The position numbers were made by a program, and so were the translations under genes. The notes under the pieces are model-generated. The model was not told the origin of the DNA. It did not search any database and saw only the letters and a program-made list of their open reading frames with translations. Positions 1 through 9,176 of a stretch of DNA of 64,000 bases are shown here, one piece after another; the stretch's first letter is position 1, and each line of letters opens with the position of its first letter. Origin of the DNA: Oscillospiraceae bacterium (GTDB lineage: Bacteria; Bacillota; Clostridia; Oscillospirales; CAG-272); NCBI GenBank assembly GCA_015065005.1, contig SVRE01000005.1:899-64898 (forward strand), read 5' to 3'.

Positions 1-1905
1 TTCCTTAAGCTTAGCCACCATTTCATCAACAGGCATAACACCACAGTCAATACCGCCGCGTGCGCGAAGAGAAACAGTGCCGTTTTCCTTCTCGTTAGCA
101 CCAACAACAATTACATAGTTAATCTTTTGCAGCTGTGCCTCACGGATTCTCTTACCCATTGTTTCATTACGGCAATCAACCTCAACTCTCATACCCTGTG
201 CAAGCATCTTGCTTTCAATTTCTTTTGCATAGTCATCAAAGTCAGAGTTAATAGGAACAATAGTTGCCTGTGTTGGGGACAACCAAAGCGGCAAAGCACC
301 GGCATACTTTTCAAGTATAAGCGCAAGTGTTCTTTCGTAGCAGCCAAGTGATGTTCTGTGGATAATGTATGGTGTTGCAAGCTGGTTGTTGGAGTCAACA
401 TATTCCATGCCAAACTTCTTAGCAAGAAGCATATCAATCTGGATTGTAACAATAGTGTCCTCTTTACCGAATACATTCTTGCACTGGATGTCAAGCTTAG
501 GACCGTAGAAGGCAGCCTCATCAATACCAATTTCGTACTTTAAGCCGATTTCATCAAGGAGCTTGCCCATAATTTCCTGTGCTTCGTTCCATTGCTCGGG
601 AGTACCCTCGTACTTGTCTGTGCGGTTAGGGTCCCACTGTGAGAAACGGAAGGTGCAATCCTCCCAAAGACCAACGGTTTCAAGGCAGTACTTTGCAAGG
701 TCAAGACAGCCCTTGAATTCCTCTGCAAGCTGGTCAGGGCGAAGCACTAAGTGTCCCTCGGAAATAGTAAACTGTCTTACGCGGATAAGACCGTGCATTT
801 CACCGCTGTCCTCGTTTCTGAAAAGAGTAGAGGTTTCGCCAAGACGCATAGGCAGGTCACGGTAAGAACGCTTCTTATTTAAAAATACTTGATATTGGAA
901 TGGGCATGTCATAGGACGTAGCGCAAAGCATTCCTTTGTATAGTCATCCGGGTCGCCCATTACAAACATACCGTCAAGGTAGTGGTCCCAGTGGCCGGAA
1001 ATCTTGTAAAGCTCTCTCTTTGCCATCAAAGGTGTCTTGGTAAGGAGGTAGCCTCTCTTTTGCTCAGTGTCCTCAACCCAACGCTGTAAAAGCTGGATAA
1101 CACGGGAGCCCTTTGGTAAAAGAATCGGTAAGCCCTGACCGATAGAATCAACAGTTGTAAAGAACTCAAGCTCACGTCCTATTTTGTTGTGGTCGCGCTT
1201 TCTTGCTTCTTCCATAGCGGTTAAATGTGCGTTCAATTCATCCTTGGATGGGAAGGCAACGCCGTAAACTCTTTGTAGCTGCTTGTTCTTTTGGTCACCC
1301 TTCCAGTAAGCGCCTGTGCATTGGAGCAGCTTAAGCGCCTTTACCGCACCTGTTGAAAAAAGGTGTGGGCCTGCGCAAAGGTCAACAAAATCACCCTGCT
1401 GGTAAAAGCTGATAACAGAGCCCTCTGGAAGCTCATTTATAAGCTGAACCTTGTAAGGCTCACCCTTTTCCTCCATAAATTTAACAGCCTCGTCACGTGG
1501 AAGCTCAAAGCGTTCAATCTTCAAGTTTTCCTTAACAATCTTCTTCATTTCGTCCTCAAGCTTTTTGAGAACATCGGGAGAAAAGGCAACATCACTGTCA
1601 AAGTCATAGTAAAAGCCGTTTTCAATAGCAGGACCTATTGTAAGCTTGGTTTCTGGGTAAAGTCTTTTTACCGCCTGTGCCAAAATATGTGATGCTGTGT
1701 GCCAGAATACGTGCTTTCCGTCAGCCTGTGCAAAGGTCAGAAGCTCCGCACTGTCACCGTCATTTAAAGACGCGGTCATGGCGCATACTGTGCCGTTTAC
1801 TTTAGCAGCAATAACGCTTCTGTCAACAAACTCACCACGTCTTGCGTGGTCATAAACAGTTTCGCCATTAACAAATTCAATTTCTTTTCCGTTGATAATA
1901 ACCAT
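1..1905 (-). CDS. thrS: Threonyl-tRNA synthetase (3' end runs off the window)
   Basis: Translated by hand from ATG at 1905 (RBS AAGGAGG at 1911-1917). Contains FWHTASHILAQAVK, TIGPAIENGFYYDFD, DLCAGPH, GAYWKGD, RDHNKIGRELE, ALRPMTCPFQY and HGLIRVRQFT. Not in the ORF track because it lacks a stop within the window. Confidence 0.97.
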   Translation of the reverse strand, partial: MVIINGKEIEFVNGETVYDHARRGEFVDRSVIAAKVNGTVCAMTASLNDGDSAELLTFAQADGKHVFWHTASHILAQAVKRLYPETKLTIGPAIENGFYYDFDSDVAFSPDVLKKLEDEMKKIVKENLKIERFELPRDEAVKFMEEKGEPYKVQLINELPEGSVISFYQQGDFVDLCAGPHLFSTGAVKALKLLQCTGAYWKGDQKNKQLQRVYGVAFPSKDELNAHLTAMEEARKRDHNKIGRELEFFTTVDSIGQGLPILLPKGSRVIQLLQRWVEDTEQKRGYLLTKTPLMAKRELYKISGHWDHYLDGMFVMGDPDDYTKECFALRPMTCPFQYQVFLNKKRSYRDLPMRLGETSTLFRNEDSGEMHGLIRVRQFTISEGHLVLRPDQLAEEFKGCLDLAKYCLETVGLWEDCTFRFSQWDPNRTDKYEGTPEQWNEAQEIMGKLLDEIGLKYEIGIDEAAFYGPKLDIQCKNVFGKEDTIVTIQIDMLLAKKFGMEYVDSNNQLATPYIIHRTSLGCYERTLALILEKYAGALPLWLSPTQATIVPINSDFDDYAKEIESKMLAQGMRVEVDCRNETMGKRIREAQLQKINYVIVVGANEKENGTVSLRARGGIDCGVMPVDEMVAKLKE

Positions 1906-1924
1906 AAAATCCTCCTTAAAATTA

Positions 1925-2110
1925 AAAAACACCTCGACAAAAGCATAAAAGCCTTGTCGGGGTGCAGAAATATCTACACGGTTCCACCCGAGATTTAACT
2001 TAATTTATTGTACTTGTTAACAGTAAATGGTACCCCAAATGCCAATTGCGATTGCACTTTCAGCCACGGTGCAATTCTCTGTACGCTTGAATCAGATGGG
2101 ACGTGTTTTA
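1925..2110 (-). promoter_or_regulatory. T-box riboswitch (Thr) in the thrS leader
   Basis: Minus strand shows AGAGA (2076-2080), GCTGAAA (2058-2064), a candidate Thr specifier ACC (2029-2031), the T-box GGGTGGAACCGTG (about 1977-1989) and a terminator hairpin with U-tract (1925-1964). Confidence 0.9.
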
Positions 2111-2125
2111 CCCAAATACACATAG

Positions 2126-2154
2126 ATTATAACACTTAAAATTTATTTTGTCAA
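2126..2154 (-). promoter_or_regulatory. SigmaA promoter for thrS
   Basis: TTGACA-17 bp-TATAAT on the minus strand. Confidence 0.85.
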
Positions 2155-2167
2155 GTACAAAAATATA

Positions 2168-2196
2168 TTGACTAAAGAGCAAAAAAATGCTACAAT
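2168..2196 (+). promoter_or_regulatory. SigmaA promoter, divergent from thrS
   Basis: TTGACT-17 bp-TACAAT with an extended TG. The ORF-track start at 2168 is therefore probably the -35 box, not a start codon. Confidence 0.7.
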
Positions 2197-2215
2197 TTTA
2201 AAAGAGGTGATAAAA

Positions 2216-2647
2216 TTGAAAAACAAGGTGTATATTACCGTTTTGCTCTCACATTTAATAGTATTGTTGTCGCTTTTTGCGCCTATTATACGTGTAAATT
2301 TAGGAGAAATGAAGGTTGAGGGCGAAAGCCTTTTGGATAGCTATTATACCAATATTGTTGAATCTGTTTTGAATAATGCCTACGATGTAACAACAATACT
2401 GATGCTTGTTTTGGTGTTCTTTCATATGTGCGGAATTGCAAACGCAATTTACGGCTTGATAAGAAAGGGATACAGAAACAGGACTATAAATGTAACAGTT
2501 GCACTGAGCTTTGCCTCAGGCTTAATGGGTGCCTTGCAGCTTTATTCAAAATCCTATGTGTTGTTTGCTATATGCGCAGCTTCATTTTTGGTGTTGTCTG
2601 CCTGCTCAATGCTACTTGTAAAGGAGGATGGACGACAATGTATTTAG
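2216..2647 (+). CDS. Hypothetical membrane protein (about 4 TM)
   Basis: TTG start after GAGGTG RBS; four hydrophobic segments; overlaps the start of the next gene. Confidence 0.75.
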   Translation: MKNKVYITVLLSHLIVLLSLFAPIIRVNLGEMKVEGESLLDSYYTNIVESVLNNAYDVTTILMLVLVFFHMCGIANAIYGLIRKGYRNRTINVTVALSFASGLMGALQLYSKSYVLFAICAASFLVLSACSMLLVKEDGRQCI

Positions 2648-3930
2648 AAAAAGAAAGAGAATTACCTGTAATTGCTAAAACGCAGGTGCTTGTTTGCGGT
2701 GGTGGACCTGCCGGTGTGGGTGCCGCTGTGCGCGCATCCCAGCTTGGCGTAAAAACTATGGTCGTTGAAATGCAGGACTGCTTGGGCGGTGTTGCAACGG
2801 CAGGTATGATGTCGCACTGGACGGGCTGGTCAAGCAGTAAAATTCTTCATCAAATCCAATCAAGGTGTGAGAAAAAGGGTAAAGCGCTTGGCTGGATAGA
2901 CCAGAAGGATGTACGTGATATAACCATAGACCAGGAAATTATGAAAATTGTTCTTAACGAAATGGCGCTTGAAAACGGTATAGAGTTGCTTTTCTACACA
3001 ATGATATGCGGTGCTATTGTTGAAGACGGTGAAATTAAGGGCGTAATTGTTGAAAATAAAAGTGGGCGCGGAGCTATACTTGCGGATGTGGTAATTGATG
3101 CCACAGGTGACGGCGATGTTGCTGCCTACGCAGGCGTTCCATATTATAAGGGCAGAGAAGAGGACGGCAAAATGCAGCCCTGCACCCTTATGTTTAAGGT
3201 GGGCGGCGTTGATTATTCCCATGCTGTATTACCGCCAAGCTTTGAAACAAGAGTGGAAACAGAAAAAGGGGAGCTGCAATCTCTTGCAAAGGAGTTTTTG
3301 CCCTTTCCCGCAGGCCACGTCCTTTTGTATCCACAGCACACTCCGGGTACAGTTTGCTGTAATATGACTAATGCAATCAATGTTGACGCAACAGACGGCT
3401 TTAGCTTGACTAAGGGTATGCTTACCTGCCGCAGTCAAATTGAGCCGATAATTAAGTTTTTGAGGGAATATGCCCCAGGCTATGAGAATTGTTGGCTTAT
3501 GGGCTCAGCCTCCTTGATCGGTATTCGTGAAACAAGGCACTTTGAGGGCTTGGAGAAGCTGACTCCCGATGATATTTTGAAGGCGCGATATTTTGACAAT
3601 TGGGTTGTAAGATACGCATCCTTCAATTTCGATGTTCATAATATGTCGGGTGCCAGCCTTGATGAAACAGGCGTACAGGCAAAATGGAATCAGCCCGATG
3701 CATATTCAATCCCCTATGGCTGCTTGCTTCCCGTAAATGTGGAAAGCCTTCTCTTAAGCGGCAGGAACATAAGCGGTACCCATCTTGCCCACTCAAACTA
3801 CCGCGTAATGCCAATAGCTATGGCACTGGGCGAAGCCGCAGGTACAGCCGCCGCCCTTAAATTAAAGCAACGCCTAAAATCCCTGCGTGACGTAAGCGTG
3901 AAGGAAATCCAATCAATAGTCGGAGAATAA
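2638..3930 (+). CDS. FAD-dependent oxidoreductase (FAD_oxidored/HI0933-like family)
   Basis: VLVCGGGPAGVGAA Rossmann motif, LGGVATAG, IDATGDGDVAAYAG, GIRETR, YSIPYGCLLP, GRNISGTH and RVMPIAMALGEAAG. Start set at ATG 2638 after GGAGG. Confidence 0.9.
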   Translation: MYLEKERELPVIAKTQVLVCGGGPAGVGAAVRASQLGVKTMVVEMQDCLGGVATAGMMSHWTGWSSSKILHQIQSRCEKKGKALGWIDQKDVRDITIDQEIMKIVLNEMALENGIELLFYTMICGAIVEDGEIKGVIVENKSGRGAILADVVIDATGDGDVAAYAGVPYYKGREEDGKMQPCTLMFKVGGVDYSHAVLPPSFETRVETEKGELQSLAKEFLPFPAGHVLLYPQHTPGTVCCNMTNAINVDATDGFSLTKGMLTCRSQIEPIIKFLREYAPGYENCWLMGSASLIGIRETRHFEGLEKLTPDDILKARYFDNWVVRYASFNFDVHNMSGASLDETGVQAKWNQPDAYSIPYGCLLPVNVESLLLSGRNISGTHLAHSNYRVMPIAMALGEAAGTAAALKLKQRLKSLRDVSVKEIQSIVGE

Positions 3931-3947
3931 TCAATAATACAAAAATA

Positions 3948-3979
3948 CGAAAGGAGCAGATTTTATTCTGCTCCTTTCG
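3948..3979. terminator. Intrinsic terminator between convergent genes
   Basis: CGAAAGGAGCAGA...TCTGCTCCTTTCG inverted repeat. Confidence 0.75.
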
Positions 3980-4023
3980 CGCGCTAATATAAAGCTATCG
4001 CATTATTGTATATTTGTGTAATC

Positions 4024-7000
4024 TTACTCTTGCAGTAAAAAATCATCCCAGTTTATGTCCACATTAATATTACCCATTAATGTTATAGTAATATCGCCCG
4101 CAAAATAATTTTTCATAGAATCTATGATGTCCATACAGCAATTTTCGTAGTATGCTTCAGCCATCTCAAAACTTTCGAAGAATATAACCTGTATAAAATC
4201 ACTGTTATTTTGCGCTATAAACATATCGGTGATTGCAACGGTAACGCCGAATTGCTCTTGTGCTACGCTCTCTTGATTGCGTAAATCGTCTTCAGTGGCA
4301 ATTGTTAAGGTGTACCCGTTATTTTCTAAATATTCAATCATTTTACCGTAATCGTGATAGCCCTGTGTGTAAGTAGCCTCAGTGTCGGATGGTACATTTC
4401 GTACATACTTGTATTGATAATCTACTTCCGTTAGGTTGAAAGCTGCTTCTTTAGGGTCGCTGACATCAACCTCCATAAAGCCCCCAACGATCCAATTGTC
4501 CGTCTTAGCAAAAGTTACACTTTCAAGGTAGATGCAATTGTAGAAGGCGTGTGAGCCGATTTCAATAATATTCTCAGGTATGTATATGGTTTTAATTACC
4601 ATGCAACTCTTAAAAGCATTTTTTCCTATTTTTGTAACAGGCAAACCACTGTGAGTGTTGGGTATAATAACATCACTATCTGTACAGTTACCAATACCAC
4701 TTACTGTATAGTGTGTAGAGTCTTCACTTAAAGTAAGCTCAAGTCCGTTTTCCGCAAAGTAAATATTGGTTTTCTTAAGTGCAAGCTTACAGTTGTAATT
4801 TTCGTTATCCAAGATAACAGGTTCATTGTTTAGCTCATATCCGCCGTTGCTTGCGAGTCCTGTGACCTTAACACTAATCTCATTTCCATTCAAAGCCACA
4901 TATGCACATGCTTTACCGTCATTGTCTGTAACGAGAGTGTTTTTAAATGCTTTCTCGCCTTGATAGAGTTGGACTGTTGCACCGGAAATTCCTTGTTCTT
5001 GATCATCAACTACGTTAACCGTAACTTTTTGTATGCAAATTGTTAGTGACTGTGAATCGGTATCAAAGTATACAAATTCGCTCGATTCATAGAAATCGCT
5101 CATACTATTGATAGAAACAACCCTTGCCATAAATTGTTTGTCATTAGGTATGCACTTTATTGAGCATGTACCGCTTTCGTCTGTCATAATTGTTGTACCG
5201 TAGCATAAATCACCTTGACAGATTTGAATATGTGCTCCACAAACTGCCTCGCCGCTTTGATTTAGTACGGTAACAGTAGCTTCTAAAGTTTCAGTTCCCC
5301 ACACGATTTCGCAATCATTCTTAGCCCAATTTTCACCCCAACCAACCGGTTGATAGCTTGCTTCACAGTATATGGTAGGGGTTATGGTAGAGTTGCTACC
5401 GAAAATATAAAATGCATCGTTGCCTATGTTTGTTACACTGTTAGGTATCACTACATTAGCGAGAATGCAACCTAAGAATGCTGTCTCGCCTATACTTATT
5501 ACACTATCGGGTATTGTTATGCTTGTAAGTCTGCAATAAGCGAAAGCACTTTTGTCTATGCTTGTTACGCTATTGGGTATTGTTACACTTGTTAGTCTGT
5601 AGCAATTAAAAAACAGCCTTTCGCTTATGCTTGTCACACTATCTGGTATTATTACGCTTGTTAGGTTTTGACAATATTCAAACGCACTGTTACCTATGCT
5701 TGTTACATTGTCAGGTATCGTTATGCTTGTTAAATTTGTGCAACTACGGAAAGCATCATCTCCTATCATTGTTATACTGTTCGGCATCGTTATACTTGTC
5801 AAGCTTATGCAACCAGCAAACGCAAAATCGTTTATGCTTGTACATGCGCTATTTTCTTCAAATACAACGCTAGTTAATTTTGGAAAACCAGCAAATAAAT
5901 GGCTTGGAATTTTAGTTACATTGCTTCCTATATGTACTGTTATTCCATTGCCGTTTTCGCCTGCATTGTCAAATACATAGTTATCTTCGCTTAAATCCAA
6001 CATTTCAGTTGCATTAAAGTTGATTTCGGTTAAGCTTATGCACTCATCAAACACACCGTTGCCCATGCTTTTTACACTATCGGGTATTGTTACGCTTGTC
6101 AAACTTGTGCAATAGTAGAATGCATCATCGCCTATGCTTATTACACTATTGGGTATTGTTATGCTTGTCAGGTTTTTGCAAAATTGGAATGCACAATCAC
6201 CTATGCTTGTTACACTATCGGGTATTGTTACGCTTGTCAAACTTGTGCAATAGTAGAATGCATCATCGCCTATGCTTGTACATGTGCTATTTTCTTCAAA
6301 TACTACACTTGTTAATTTTGATGCACCGGCAAACAAGCGGTTTGGAATTTTTGATACACTGATTCCTATATTTACCGTTATTCCATTACCATTTTCTCCT
6401 GTATTGTAAAATAAACAGTTATCTTCGCTTAAATCCATCATTTCAGTTGCGTTAAAGTTAATTTCAGTTAAGCTTTCGCAATTTCTGAATGCTTCATCGC
6501 CTATGCTTATTACACTATTGGGTATTGTTATGCTTGTCAGGTTTTTGCAAAATTGGAATGCAGAACAAATAATCTTTGTATTTTCATTTATTTTACAACT
6601 TGATATGGACAAATTCTTTGCTTCTATAAGAACTAAATACGGATTTTTTTCATTTCCCATATAATATCCGTTATCATATTCGTTATACTTTAGACTTGTG
6701 CAACCACGGAACGCAGAACCTCCTATACTTGTTACGCTATCGGGTATAGTTATGCTTGTAAGACTTGTGCAATAATAGAATGCGAGATCGCCTATGCTTG
6801 TACATACGCTATTTTCTTCAAATATAACACTCGTTAAATTTTCTTTTGATGAGGAATAACTAGGATAGAATAAATAGCTTGGTATTTTAGTTACATTGCT
6901 TCCTATATTTAATGTTATTCCATTGCCTTCTGCACCTGCGTTGTGAAACACATAGTTGTTATCATTTAAATCTGTCATTTCAGTCGCATTGAAATAAATT

Positions 7001-7821
7001 TGTGTTAAATTTGTGCAATTATGGAATGCATAAACGTCAATAACTGCTACGCTTTTCCCGATTGTTACGCTTGTAAGGCTAGTGCAACCTGAGAATGCAG
7101 AATAGTCTATGTTTGTGACACTGTCCGGTATTGTTACGCTTGTAAGGCTGTCATATTTTGCAAACGCATTATAGCCAATCCTTGTTACCGGCAAGCCTTC
7201 ATATGTGCTTGGTATATAGAGTTCTGTATCAGTACAGGTGCCCATGCCGGAAACAGTATAATATGTGCTGTCCTCACTTAAAGTATATTCAAGTTCTACA
7301 CTTATTTTTTCGCCACATCTATCACAACATCCATTCACATAGTTATGTCCTGTTGCTTTGATTTCTTCGGTTAATGTCTCACCGCATGAGCAGGTCTTTT
7401 CCTTTAAGCCGTTTTCTGTACAGGTGGGCTCTTTTGTTGCTGTCCATTCACTGTAAACGTGCTTATGCGGCACATCGGGGCTTGTATTATCGGTTTTACT
7501 TGAATCTGTTGTGTCGCCTGAACCATTCATATCGCCTGAATCGGTCGTATCACTTGAACCTGTATCGTTACTTGAATCGGTCGTACCACTTGAACCTGTA
7601 GCGTTACTTGAATCAGTTGTGCCACTTGAACCAGAGGTATTATTCGAATCAGTTGTACCGCTAAAATCTGTGATGTCGGAGCCTTCAACAGAAATGTCTG
7701 TGCTTGAATTTGTTGCTTTGCTTGAGGTTGAGCTGTTATCACCACCAAAGCACGAGGCGAGCAAGCAGCTTGCCAAAATGCAAATTAAGATAAGCGTTGA
7801 TAAAAATGTTAATTTTTTCAT
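4024..7821 (-). CDS. BspA-type leucine-rich-repeat surface lipoprotein (multi-domain)
   Basis: Lipobox LASC, S/T/D-rich linker, HxHxYSEW..PTC..G..CSCG module, many LTSVTIPDSVTSIGxxAFxxC repeats, two VxVxD/NQxGxxVxGAxVQ Ig-like units and a second LRR cap. RBS AGGAG at 7829-7833 supports a start at 7821. Confidence 0.9.
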   Translation of the reverse strand: MKKLTFLSTLILICILASCLLASCFGGDNSSTSSKATNSSTDISVEGSDITDFSGTTDSNNTSGSSGTTDSSNATGSSGTTDSSNDTGSSDTTDSGDMNGSGDTTDSSKTDNTSPDVPHKHVYSEWTATKEPTCTENGLKEKTCSCGETLTEEIKATGHNYVNGCCDRCGEKISVELEYTLSEDSTYYTVSGMGTCTDTELYIPSTYEGLPVTRIGYNAFAKYDSLTSVTIPDSVTNIDYSAFSGCTSLTSVTIGKSVAVIDVYAFHNCTNLTQIYFNATEMTDLNDNNYVFHNAGAEGNGITLNIGSNVTKIPSYLFYPSYSSSKENLTSVIFEENSVCTSIGDLAFYYCTSLTSITIPDSVTSIGGSAFRGCTSLKYNEYDNGYYMGNEKNPYLVLIEAKNLSISSCKINENTKIICSAFQFCKNLTSITIPNSVISIGDEAFRNCESLTEINFNATEMMDLSEDNCLFYNTGENGNGITVNIGISVSKIPNRLFAGASKLTSVVFEENSTCTSIGDDAFYYCTSLTSVTIPDSVTSIGDCAFQFCKNLTSITIPNSVISIGDDAFYYCTSLTSVTIPDSVKSMGNGVFDECISLTEINFNATEMLDLSEDNYVFDNAGENGNGITVHIGSNVTKIPSHLFAGFPKLTSVVFEENSACTSINDFAFAGCISLTSITMPNSITMIGDDAFRSCTNLTSITIPDNVTSIGNSAFEYCQNLTSVIIPDSVTSISERLFFNCYRLTSVTIPNSVTSIDKSAFAYCRLTSITIPDSVISIGETAFLGCILANVVIPNSVTNIGNDAFYIFGSNSTITPTIYCEASYQPVGWGENWAKNDCEIVWGTETLEATVTVLNQSGEAVCGAHIQICQGDLCYGTTIMTDESGTCSIKCIPNDKQFMARVVSINSMSDFYESSEFVYFDTDSQSLTICIQKVTVNVVDDQEQGISGATVQLYQGEKAFKNTLVTDNDGKACAYVALNGNEISVKVTGLASNGGYELNNEPVILDNENYNCKLALKKTNIYFAENGLELTLSEDSTHYTVSGIGNCTDSDVIIPNTHSGLPVTKIGKNAFKSCMVIKTIYIPENIIEIGSHAFYNCIYLESVTFAKTDNWIVGGFMEVDVSDPKEAAFNLTEVDYQYKYVRNVPSDTEATYTQGYHDYGKMIEYLENNGYTLTIATEDDLRNQESVAQEQFGVTVAITDMFIAQNNSDFIQVIFFESFEMAEAYYENCCMDIIDSMKNYFAGDITITLMGNINVDINWDDFLLQE
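6072..6562. repeat. Identical nucleotide duplications of LRR units
   Basis: 68-nt identity between 6072-6139 and 6210-6277; 69-nt identity between 6125-6193 and 6494-6562. Confidence 0.9.
7502..7662. repeat. 36-bp tandem repeat (about 4.5 units) encoding a GSSGTTDSSNxT linker
   Basis: GAATC recurs at 7502, 7538, 7574, 7610 and 7646. Confidence 0.85.
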
Positions 7822-7929
7822 ATTCATTCTCCTTTGTGTATAAATTCTTATCTTTAACACAATTATAACTTATAAATATTGTTAAAGTCAAGAAAATTCT
7901 CAACTTTAACACATTTAAAGAGGTTAATC

Positions 7930-8183
7930 ATGAAAATTTACGACTTTAACGACAAGAAGAATATTTGCGGAAAAAGGGTAAAAGAAGCAAGAAAAAATCT
8001 TAAACTTTCTCAAACTGATTTGGCAGCACGCTTGCAGGTGTGATAATAGAAAGGGATAGCTTAAGCCGTATTGAAATAGGAACAAGATTTGTGACGGATT
8101 ACGAGGTGGTTGCGCTTTCTAAATGCTTAGGAGTAAGCCCACTATGGCTACTTGGAATTGAGCAAAAAATCTCTTGGCATTGA
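7930..8183 (+). pseudogene. XRE-family HTH regulator, frameshifted
   Basis: MKIYDFNDKKNICGKRVKEARKNLKLSQTDLAARLQV ends at TGA 8041-8043. The -1 frame continues VIIERDSLSRIEIGTRFVTDYEVVALSKCLGVSPLWLLG to TGA 8183. RBS GAGGT upstream. Confidence 0.8.
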
Positions 8184-8198
8184 GCCAAGAGATTTTTT
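8164..8198. terminator. Bidirectional terminator
   Basis: AAAAAATCTCTTGGC...GCCAAGAGATTTTTT. Confidence 0.8.
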
Positions 8199-8241
8199 GT
8201 TATTTACCCACGCAAGAGGATTTATCTGCACGATAATCGCA

Positions 8242-9168
8242 CTATAGCTCCCAACTGCCGAGCCATTCCTCAAAGCCTGTATAAATATTGTTAAGCTCTG
8301 CCTTTAGCTCCTCGCCACCGTTAATGGTGTACTTGTAGTCCATACGGTCAAACTCCTCAATATAATGGAGCTCTCCCTTGTCGTACTCACCGTTATAGAG
8401 CTTGCTGTACGCCTTTTTGGCAAGCGTCTCGGCTTGCTTTATGTTTTCCACAAGCTGAGAAAAGGCTTCCTTATCTATTGCTTCAACCTTGGCTATAAGA
8501 CCGCTGAAATAATCGGGATCTGTGCCGTATTTTTTGCTTCCGCTTTCAAGATACATTTTTGTGTCCTCGGCATTGAGATAATAGCCCTTATGTGTGGGGG
8601 TTGTGTTTACATAGTATTCATTCCACTTGCACACAAAGTCAACATAGTCATACATCTTGTATATTTCATCAATAACACCGCTCTGGGCAAATTTCTCCCA
8701 AACCGCAAAGTCAGCGCCCATTTCCTCGCTTTTTAAGGTTTCATATTCTGCGTCAATTATCTTAAAATTAAATTGATAGCCGTACGGGTCGGTGAAAAAT
8801 TGGTCAACGCTTGGAGAGACCACAAGCTTACCGCTTACCTTAACAGCAGATGCGGTATAATCAAATTTTTGGTTTTTCTTTGGATAAACCTCAATTGTAT
8901 TTGAAAGCTCAGTGGTGTTGGGCACACAGAAAGGGCAGCTTTGATAAGGCATGTTCATAAGGAATATAAATGAACCGTCAACAGGTGAGGATGTGGCAAT
9001 ATAACCGTTGATGCTCACATTTTCACCGTCAAGAGTTTTTAAATAGTCATAGCTAAGGGTTGATTTGAAGCTTAGCCTTGTGTACTCACCGTTTCCGCAG
9101 GACAAGCAAAGCGGAGATATGATAAGTAAGCACATAAATAAGCTGATTATTTTTACAGATAATTTCAT
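8242..9168 (-). CDS. Lipoprotein with a DUF3299-like CPFC OB-fold domain and a C-terminal helical region
   Basis: Start MKLSVK after GGAGG; lipobox-like CLSC; LDGENVSINGYI..FLMNMPYQSCPFCVP..IEVYP..VKVSGKL pattern. Family recognised by eye. Confidence 0.65.
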   Translation of the reverse strand: MKLSVKIISLFMCLLIISPLCLSCGNGEYTRLSFKSTLSYDYLKTLDGENVSINGYIATSSPVDGSFIFLMNMPYQSCPFCVPNTTELSNTIEVYPKKNQKFDYTASAVKVSGKLVVSPSVDQFFTDPYGYQFNFKIIDAEYETLKSEEMGADFAVWEKFAQSGVIDEIYKMYDYVDFVCKWNEYYVNTTPTHKGYYLNAEDTKMYLESGSKKYGTDPDYFSGLIAKVEAIDKEAFSQLVENIKQAETLAKKAYSKLYNGEYDKGELHYIEEFDRMDYKYTINGGEELKAELNNIYTGFEEWLGSWEL

Positions 9169-9176
9169 TTTTCCTC

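Noticed and set aside
127-1692. Short ORFs in the track over 1-1900
   Set aside because: They are antisense or out-of-frame shadows of thrS.
2428-2637. Extended N-termini proposed by the ORF track (also at 12182, 22492, 23654, 26759, 42529, 45713)
   Set aside because: Downstream starts have clear RBSs and match the family N-termini; the extensions overlap upstream genes or regulatory elements.
6072-6562. DGR template/variable repeat pair
   Set aside because: The copies are identical rather than differing at adenines, both lie in-frame within the LRR gene, and there is no reverse transcriptase in the window.
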